NCBI GenBank assembly: GCA_018725535.1
Contig: QLUS01000001.1
Span: 1-49,065 of the forward strand
Length of the DNA stretch: 49,065 nt
DNA from: Bacillota bacterium
Lineage (GTDB): Bacteria; Bacillota; UBA994
Reading direction: 5' to 3'
In this document: one piece after another, positions 43,012 to 49,065 of the stretch
How positions within the stretch are numbered: position 1 is the stretch's first letter
How the letters are laid out: each line of letters starts with the position of its first letter
Made by a program: the position numbers and the translations under genes
Notes under the pieces: model-generated
What the model was told of the DNA's origin: nothing
The model's input: only the letters and a program-made list of their open reading frames with translations
Databases searched by the model: none

Positions 43012-43866
43012 TTATTCGGAGGTATACTCGTCAAACAGCGCCTTAAATTCTTCGATAGGGTCAAGCACACGGTAGACGTGTTCTTCCCCCGGGAAAATCC
43101 CCGACTTAACGTCAGCGATATAGGCCTTAAAGGCATTCGTCTCCACCTCGGCGACATTGGCGTACTTCTTGACGAACTTAGGCGTAAAGGCCTCGAACCT
43201 GCCAAGCAAGTCTGCGCTAATTAAGAGCTGCCCGTCACAGCGGCCCGCCCCAATAGAGTAGACAGGGATGCTTAAGCGTCGCGCCAAGAAAGCTGTTACT
43301 TCCGGGGGCACAGCTTCGACCAAGACACACAGCGCACCCGCAGCCTCGACTGCCAAGGCGTCCAGAATTACGGCCCGCGCGCCTTTGATATCGCGCCCCT
43401 GCGCCTTGTGCCCGCCTAGTTGCCCAGAGCTCTGTGGCGTCAGCCCAATATGCCCCATCACTACTATGCCTGCTTCGTTAATGGACTTAATGCGACTGGC
43501 CACACGCACGCCACCCTCGAGTTTAATACAGTCTACCTCGGCCTCTTTAAGGAAGCGCCCGGCATTCCTTACGGCGTCCTCGTCCGAGACTTGGTAAGAC
43601 ATAAAGGGCATGTCGCCAATCACAAATGTATTCGGCGCTCCCCTGCGCACCGCCTGGCAGTGGCGAATGCAGTCCTCCATCGTCACCGGTACGGTGCCAT
43701 GATACCCTAACACCACCATGCCCAGCGAATCGCCGACTAGAATCATGTCCATCCCCGCCTTCTCGGCAAAGGAAGCTGTAGGGAAATCGTAAGCTGTAAC
43801 CCAAGCGGCTTGTTCACCGCTCTTCTTCATCTTGTGCAAATCGAGAATGGTCTTTTTCTTAGGCAT
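43012..43866 (-). CDS. panB: 3-methyl-2-oxobutanoate hydroxymethyltransferase
   Basis: Collinear with E. coli PanB: TAYDFPTASFAEKAGMDMILVGDSLGMVVLGY, RRGAPNTFVIGDMPFMSY, KLEGG, GHIGLTPQS, GIGAG and PGEEH. Confidence 0.9.
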   Translation of the reverse strand: MPKKKTILDLHKMKKSGEQAAWVTAYDFPTASFAEKAGMDMILVGDSLGMVVLGYHGTVPVTMEDCIRHCQAVRRGAPNTFVIGDMPFMSYQVSDEDAVRNAGRFLKEAEVDCIKLEGGVRVASRIKSINEAGIVVMGHIGLTPQSSGQLGGHKAQGRDIKGARAVILDALAVEAAGALCVLVEAVPPEVTAFLARRLSIPVYSIGAGRCDGQLLISADLLGRFEAFTPKFVKKYANVAEVETNAFKAYIADVKSGIFPGEEHVYRVLDPIEEFKALFDEYTSE

Positions 43867-43884
43867 TTAGCTCACCTCCTAGCT

Positions 43885-45147
43885 CTAGATACGGTGCAGA
43901 GTTCGCGCGGCAATGAAAGAAAGTCCTTTCTCGGTTAAGGCGCGTGCGGTGGTGTTGACTGCAGCGTGTTTGTCGAGGTAGTTAAGCTCGAGTTTAGCCA
44001 TATCGCCGGATGCCTCTACCTCGGACTTGCTGCGGAAGTAATCCAAGATATCCGAGGCGTGCTCGCGCGTGAGCTCTGTCTCGGGGTCACCGCCTTCGTG
44101 CTTGGCCGCTACGTTAGGCACAGTCATCGCGAGCGCAAGCAGCTCGTCTCGCCGGTTATAGGGCTGGCGCACGATACTCTTATAGGCCTCGGTGATGTGG
44201 TGCTCTAACCGCACATTGCTTTCTAGACCCAATGCTTGCCGTACGTAGGAACTCTGCTCAATCGTGTCGTTATTGACGGAGTTGCCCAAGTTAAAGCCGG
44301 CGAGCGGCGTGGTGCCGTCCTCCCGCGCCATAAGGCGAGCCATCAGCAAGGTCCACAAGACGGAATAGGGGTTGTCGTTCCCCATAAACACAGAGATTTT
44401 AAAGGTAATGTTGATGCCCATCTTGTAGAGCATATAGCCCAGAAAAACTGTGCCCGGGTTAATATTCAGCACTTGACTGATGCCGTAATTGGTATAATAG
44501 TAGAGGCATTCGTCGACCCATTTGAGTGCGTAGTCGTTTGGCTGGCCAATGCCGCCAAAGTAGCCGGTAATAGTACTCGGGCCGCCCAAGTGAACATTTG
44601 AGCCGTCAGTCCCTTTAGTGTCAAGCGTTTCAACATAGCTCGCGCCAACAATCTGCATAGCGGCGGCAATTGCCAGTGTATCGCCTTGGTCGGCTTCCTG
44701 CTCCTTCATCTTGCGCACTCGTATGTAACGCCCTGGCATAATCTCTTGCCGCTCGATGGCCTGCTTAGCTTCGGCAATCAGCCAAGGGAAATACTGGAGA
44801 GCGCTAATTTCTAGCGTCACTGCATGCCCTTCGTCAAAGTACATGCGGTCGGCTTTCTCACCGAGTATTTGACGGCGGTATGTCGACAGCGGCACAAACG
44901 CTCCTCTATCCCGCTCTCGCATCAGCCAATCTAAGTCCGCGCGATAGGGCGAGTTTATGTTTTCGAGCCTCTTTAGCAGATTAGGCAGGTGCTTCGCTTG
45001 CTCGGCGCGGGCGTTAATTTCCTGTGGAGTGCCGTACTTGTGCACTACGCGTGTGAGGGCGTTAATTAGCTTGTTGTCCGGTCTGGCAAGAAACTCTGTA
45101 ACTTCGGCAAAGGCTTGCTGGTTGATGCGAAAAATGTCGTTGGTCAA
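43885..45147 (-). CDS. Conserved-looking protein of unknown function (no family recognised)
   Basis: 420-aa ORF with clean coding character, an AGGAGG RBS (AAGGAGGAACACC-ATT... region) and an 18-nt gap to panB. I recognised no diagnostic motif. An alternating beta/alpha-like pattern (ISVFMGNDNP, GFNLGNSV, VRLEHHITE) hints at a barrel enzyme. Confidence 0.6.
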   Translation of the reverse strand: MTNDIFRINQQAFAEVTEFLARPDNKLINALTRVVHKYGTPQEINARAEQAKHLPNLLKRLENINSPYRADLDWLMRERDRGAFVPLSTYRRQILGEKADRMYFDEGHAVTLEISALQYFPWLIAEAKQAIERQEIMPGRYIRVRKMKEQEADQGDTLAIAAAMQIVGASYVETLDTKGTDGSNVHLGGPSTITGYFGGIGQPNDYALKWVDECLYYYTNYGISQVLNINPGTVFLGYMLYKMGINITFKISVFMGNDNPYSVLWTLLMARLMAREDGTTPLAGFNLGNSVNNDTIEQSSYVRQALGLESNVRLEHHITEAYKSIVRQPYNRRDELLALAMTVPNVAAKHEGGDPETELTREHASDILDYFRSKSEVEASGDMAKLELNYLDKHAAVNTTARALTEKGLSFIAARTLHRI

Positions 45148-45172
45148 TGGTGTTCCTCCTTACTTTTACTTG

Positions 45173-45375
45173 TGGCGTATAGCACATGGCGCATAGCACA
45201 TGGCGGAGTTGTTATCTGCTTTCGGGCTGGCAGCGGGGGAGAAAGTAAAATCGGAGCACGGGGCACAAAGCACGTCTCCGCACGCCACTGGGCACTGGGC
45301 ACTACTCTATGTGCTATGCGCCATGCGCGGTCATGATTCACGATTCACAGTTCATGATTCAAGGAGGCCTCTCAC
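45173..45375. repeat. Heptanucleotide array E (29 in-phase heptamers ending at a start codon)
   Basis: + strand: TGGCGTA TAGCACA TGGCGCA TAGCACA TGGCGGA ... CACGGGG CACAAAG CACGTCT CCGCACG CCACTGG GCACTGG GCACTAC TCTATGT GCTATGC GCCATGC GCGGTCA TGATTCA CGATTCA CAGTTCA TGATTCA AGGAGGC CTCTCAC, then ATG 45376. Confidence 0.8.
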
Positions 45376-45843
45376 ATGTCAACCCAACCACGCAGAAGCG
45401 ACCGCACTGTCACTAGAGAAGAAGCGCTAGACTACCTCGCGCAGGCGGAGGTAGGATTCTTGGCACTAGCTACCGACAATGAACCCTACGCAGTACCACT
45501 CCACTTTGTCTTGCAGGGCATACCCTGTATTTTCACTGCGCCAAAGACGGGCGCAAGCTCGACATGCTGAGGCAGAATCCCCGCTGCTGTGTGGCAGTAT
45601 CGTTCTTGGACGGCATTAAGGAAGGGAAAGCGGCCTGTGACTTCGGTACGTATTACCGCAGCGCCATCGCCACAGGTGTCGCTCGGGTAGTGGACGATAC
45701 AGGCGAAAAAATTGCAGCGCTTAATGCGCTCACCGAGAAGCACGCCACCAAGGAATTTGTGCCTGCTGGCGCTCTCGACGCCGCGAAGGTTGTGGTGGTC
45801 GCCATCGACTGCCGAGGTCAGCGGCAAAGCGCGACGCAGGTAG
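45376..45843 (+). pseudogene. Pyridoxamine 5'-phosphate oxidase-family (FMN-binding split-barrel) gene with two frameshifts
   Basis: The N-terminus (RRSDRTVTREEALDYLAQAEVGFLALATDNEPYAVPLHFVLQG) is in frame 1. The middle (TLYFHCAKDGRKLDMLRQNPRCCVAVSF...AKVVVVAID) is in frame 0, starting about 45520. The C-terminus (AEVSGKARRR-stop at 45841..45843) is back in frame 1, starting about 45811. Confidence 0.7.
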
Positions 45844-45845
45844 CT

Positions 45846-47663
45846 TTACGCTCCTATCGCGTGTCCGGTGTCGTCGCCGCAGCAGTAGACCCTGTCCTTG
45901 CCCGCCTGCTTGGCACGGTACATAGCGGCATCCGCTGCACGCAACAGCCCCTCGGCGTTAGCTGCGTCCCGTGGATAGGAAGCAATGCCAGCGCTAGCCG
46001 TTGTCTGAATCGTCGCTACGCCGACCCGATACTCAAGTTGTCGTATCGCCTGCAAAACGCGCAGGGCGACAACACGAGCTTCTTCCGGCTCAGTATTTGG
46101 CAGGAGCACGGCAAACTCGTCGCCGCCGTAGCGCGTTACGATGTCACCGGCACGCACGCTGTCGCGGATGGTTTCAGCGAGGCGACGGAGATAGTCATCG
46201 CCCGCCATATGACTAAAGCGGTCATTGATGTGCTTTAAGCTGTCGGAATCTAGCATTAGTAAGGAAATAGAAGCTGTCTGTTCAGCCGCCTGCGCCACCA
46301 ACCTTGTGATGGACTCGTGAAATACCCGCGCGTTAGGGAGGCCGGTCATGCTGTCGGTCAATGCAAGTTGCAGCGTACGTTCATAGAGCTGGGCGTTATC
46401 CAGAGCGATAGCTGCTTGGCTAGCAATTGTAGATAAAAGCCCTGCGTGCTCAGTTGTAAAGGCTTCGGCTTGGTAGCTTTGGGCAGAAAGCGCCCCAATA
46501 ACTTCGTCCTGCAGAATAATAGGCACAACTAACACGCTCTGCACCACACGCTCGGGGTTGCCGTACATCTGTGCACCGGGTATGCTGCGGCCATAGGTGT
46601 TGTGTAGCACCGGGGCTTTAGTTAAGATGGCGCGAGAAGTAGGGCCCTGATTAAGCGCAAAAGTCACCGGCGGCTGCCTTTCCCCATCGTCGTACATAAA
46701 ACGTATCTCCACCTCTTGGCGTTCTGCGTGATACAAAGCCACGAAAAAAGCGCCGGCATCCATAACTCGGTTTGTCTCCGCGTACATGGCAGCAAACAAG
46801 TCTTCAAGCGACAAGTTCGCGGCAAACCGACGTCCAAGGTCGTTAAGCATCTTTAGGTAACTGGTTTGTGTGCGCTGCACGTCAAGGGAGCGACGCTTGG
46901 TGAGCGCTGTGGTGACGCTCGCGGCTATATATTCCAACGTGCGAAAAGCGGCGCGGTAACGGCGCCTAGGGCCGCGCACCGCGACTGCTAGGGCTCCGCA
47001 GCCTGCGTCATCGGTACAAAAGGCGACTGTTAGGACGTTAAACGGCGAGCTGTAAACCGCGTTAGTTGGTTTGTCTTGGCTGACCTCCCGTAAGTATCCC
47101 ATAAACTCCATTGGCCAATGCGCCGTTGTGCCGTGCTCCTCCTTGTCGCCGATGATGACCCACGCCGCACCGACGGCAGACGGCAACTTCATAAGCTGCT
47201 GTAGCGCGGAGTCTAACACTTCGTAGCTAGTCCCGCCGGCTGCGGCTATGGCAGAACTAGACTCCATCACCCGACGCAGGCTCCTTAACTCACGGCGCAA
47301 AATGTGCTGCCGACCGCGGGCAACGCGCACCTGCCGCCAGATGTAAAGCGTCAGCGACTGAACTATATGGGCACCTGCGGCCATGGCGACGATCTTAGCT
47401 GCAAGCAGACCCCACTCAGGCAACGGTGCCCTCGCCAGCATAAGCAAAACGGCCGACGGCAAAGCGTAAATGCCCAGCACAGCTGCGGCCCCTGTTAGAC
47501 CATAGTATCCCGCGGCGACTAGCGTACTAATCGCAACCACGGTCTCTAGGCTAAGCGAAGGCGCGTCAAGCAGCCAGACGGCCAGCAAGGCTCCCCCTAG
47601 AATGGTTATGGCTCCTAAGGGAACATGGCGAAAAAACCCCTCGCGCTTCGTTCGCACCACCAC
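45846..47663 (-). CDS. Membrane-bound GAF-GGDEF diguanylate cyclase
   Basis: N-terminal TM segments, a central GAF-like region, and a C-terminal GGDEF domain (LTGLPNAR, RYGGDEFAVLL). An RxxD I-site (RAGD) lies five residues upstream of GGDEF. Confidence 0.85.
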   Translation of the reverse strand: MVVRTKREGFFRHVPLGAITILGGALLAVWLLDAPSLSLETVVAISTLVAAGYYGLTGAAAVLGIYALPSAVLLMLARAPLPEWGLLAAKIVAMAAGAHIVQSLTLYIWRQVRVARGRQHILRRELRSLRRVMESSSAIAAAGGTSYEVLDSALQQLMKLPSAVGAAWVIIGDKEEHGTTAHWPMEFMGYLREVSQDKPTNAVYSSPFNVLTVAFCTDDAGCGALAVAVRGPRRRYRAAFRTLEYIAASVTTALTKRRSLDVQRTQTSYLKMLNDLGRRFAANLSLEDLFAAMYAETNRVMDAGAFFVALYHAERQEVEIRFMYDDGERQPPVTFALNQGPTSRAILTKAPVLHNTYGRSIPGAQMYGNPERVVQSVLVVPIILQDEVIGALSAQSYQAEAFTTEHAGLLSTIASQAAIALDNAQLYERTLQLALTDSMTGLPNARVFHESITRLVAQAAEQTASISLLMLDSDSLKHINDRFSHMAGDDYLRRLAETIRDSVRAGDIVTRYGGDEFAVLLPNTEPEEARVVALRVLQAIRQLEYRVGVATIQTTASAGIASYPRDAANAEGLLRAADAAMYRAKQAGKDRVYCCGDDTGHAIGA

Positions 47664-47700
47664 TCACCACCCCACTTATTGGGAATATACCCCTGGTAGT

Positions 47701-48948
47701 CTAGACTCGCTCTACCCAAGCCCCGAGCTGCGCTAGCTTAAGGTCTAGTCTCTCGTACCCGCGGTCCATATGGTCTATGCCATGTACTAATGTCTCACCT
47801 TCCGCCACCATACCCGCAAGAACCAACGACGCGCTTGCCCTGAGGTCACCGCCCCTTACCTCCGCGCTCGTCAGGCAATCCACACCCTCAATTATGGCGC
47901 TGCGACCCTCAATGCGTACGGACGCACCCATCTTGGTGAGTTCCTCGAGGTGCTTAAAGCGCTCGTCCCAAACTGTCTCGGTGACGATGCTTGTTCCATC
48001 CGCTATGGTGAGCAGTGTACTCATCGGGGCCTGAAAGTCTGTAAAAAATCCTGGATACGGCAAGGTCTTGACGTTAACAGCGGTAGGCCGTTCTGGCCCC
48101 ATGACGCGCACAGTGTCCTCACCGGCTACGACCACAGCACCCGTCTCCCGCAACTTAGCAACCACGGCATCAAGGTGCATGGGAATAACATTGTTAAGCT
48201 TTACGTCGCCACCGGTCAGGGCGGCCGCAATCATCAGCGTCGCCGCTTCACTCTGGTCAGGTATAATGCTGTGCTGGCAGCCATGCAGCCGCTTGACTCC
48301 CTGTATGCGAATAGTCTCCGTGCCCGGCCCAAAGACCCGCGCGCCCATGGCGTTAAGCATGTTCGAGAGGTCAATAATCCATGGCGCTTGGTAAGCATTG
48401 ATAATCGTAGTTTGCCCCTCGGTCAGCACCGCGCTTAGCATAGTGTTAATGGTCGCCCCCACGCTGGCTACATCCATGTAAACGGAATTACCGGAGAGCT
48501 TCTGAGCGGAGAGCTTAATGGAGCCGTGCTCAATGTGCGCCTCCGCACCTAACGCGCGGAATCCTTTAAGATGCTGATCAATCGGGCGGGGACCAATGTC
48601 GTCGCCGCCCGGCAGAGCTCCCTCGGCGCGGCCAAATCGCGCGAGCATCACGCCAAGCAAATAGTACGAAGCTCGCAGTTTGCGCATAAGTTCCGGCTTG
48701 GGGACAGCATAGACTAACCCGCGCGGGTCGATGGTCACGACGCCGTCAGCAAATGTAGCCTGTACGCCAAGGCCGCGTAGAATATCACAGAAGACCCGCA
48801 CATCGCTTAAGTCGGGTACATTTTCAATCGTCACGGGTTCATCGGCTAACAGCGCGGCCGGGATAGCCGCCAAAGCCACGTACTTTGAACCGTTCACGGT
48901 TACTTCGCCACGTAACCGTGTTTTTCCTTTCACTAACACACTCGTCAT
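47701..48948 (-). CDS. murA: UDP-N-acetylglucosamine 1-carboxyvinyltransferase, Asp-for-Cys active-site variant
   Basis: Collinear with E. coli MurA (LRGEVTVNGSK, LRASYYLLGVMLARFG, DLRASASLVLAG, IDRGYE). The active-site loop reads LPGGDDIGPRPID where E. coli has LPGGCTIGARPVD. ATG 48948 follows GAGGG. Confidence 0.88.
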   Translation of the reverse strand: MTSVLVKGKTRLRGEVTVNGSKYVALAAIPAALLADEPVTIENVPDLSDVRVFCDILRGLGVQATFADGVVTIDPRGLVYAVPKPELMRKLRASYYLLGVMLARFGRAEGALPGGDDIGPRPIDQHLKGFRALGAEAHIEHGSIKLSAQKLSGNSVYMDVASVGATINTMLSAVLTEGQTTIINAYQAPWIIDLSNMLNAMGARVFGPGTETIRIQGVKRLHGCQHSIIPDQSEAATLMIAAALTGGDVKLNNVIPMHLDAVVAKLRETGAVVVAGEDTVRVMGPERPTAVNVKTLPYPGFFTDFQAPMSTLLTIADGTSIVTETVWDERFKHLEELTKMGASVRIEGRSAIIEGVDCLTSAEVRGGDLRASASLVLAGMVAEGETLVHGIDHMDRGYERLDLKLAQLGAWVERV

Positions 48949-48979
48949 TGCATCGCCCTCGTCTTCTTCTATGCCCTTT

Positions 48980-49008
48980 ATTATCCTAGAGCAGGCGCGC
49001 AATGTCAA
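48980..49008 (-). promoter_or_regulatory. Sigma-A-type promoter of murA
   Basis: The minus strand reads TTGACA, a 17-nt spacer, then GATAAT. It ends about 30 nt upstream of the murA ATG. Confidence 0.55.
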
Positions 49009-49018
49009 CCGAAAATGG

Positions 49019-49065
49019 CTTTCCGCTTTCCGCTTGCAGCTGCTTGTGGGGAGGCGGATAGCGGA
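49019..49065. repeat. Heptanucleotide array F (truncated by window end)
   Basis: + strand: (CTTTCCG)x2 CTTGCAG CTGCTTG TGGGGAG GCGGATA GCGGA. It lies immediately upstream of the murA -35 element. Confidence 0.75.

Overview
This is a chromosomal, mostly housekeeping segment from a moderately GC-rich, Bacillota-like (Gram-positive type) bacterium. That placement rests on CCA-encoding tRNAs, GGAGG-type ribosome-binding sites, GlnK/GlnL, YhaM, YczE and split ChrA homologues. I see no transposase, integrase, phage, CRISPR or recognisable defence genes.

Content in order:
- Eight tRNA genes and two M14 peptidases.
- murD, hbd, a split chrA pair, pyk and cca.
- An orphan pilin-like gene and a LytTR/DUF3021 pair.
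- A cobalamin riboswitch controlling btuFCD plus an HI0933-type flavoprotein.
- A 16.5-kb co-directional minus-strand block: Nudix, kbl, yhaM, thioredoxin-like gene, ccdA, glycosyltransferase remnant, RnfG-like double FMN-binding protein, a 10-gene Mbh-order Mrp antiporter module, NusG-II protein and dagK.
- An Orn/Lys/Arg decarboxylase.
- aminotransferase-tldD-pmbA-glnK-glnL.
- A gene cluster made of an unknown 420-aa protein, panB, a GH4-like enzyme, DUF4392 and that same aminotransferase.
- A GAF-GGDEF cyclase and murA.

Most notable observations:
1. A thioredoxin-fold gene has an in-frame UGA exactly at the first Cys of CXXC, plus a SECIS-like hairpin. It is a predicted selenoprotein and overlaps ccdA.
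2. A flavinylation-motif FMN-binding protein heads an Mrp module that has no hydrogenase or complex-I partner. This could be a redox-linked ion-translocating system.
3. A family of phase-preserving heptanucleotide tandem arrays (CGGAAAG, CTTACAG, CGTACAG, CCCAGTG, TGATTCA) fills at least six intergenic regions. The arrays share a conserved junction and a consistent strand orientation.
4. Disrupted reading frames are unusually dense: six genes are affected. This may be real decay or assembly indel error.
5. MurA carries Asp at the fosfomycin-target Cys position.
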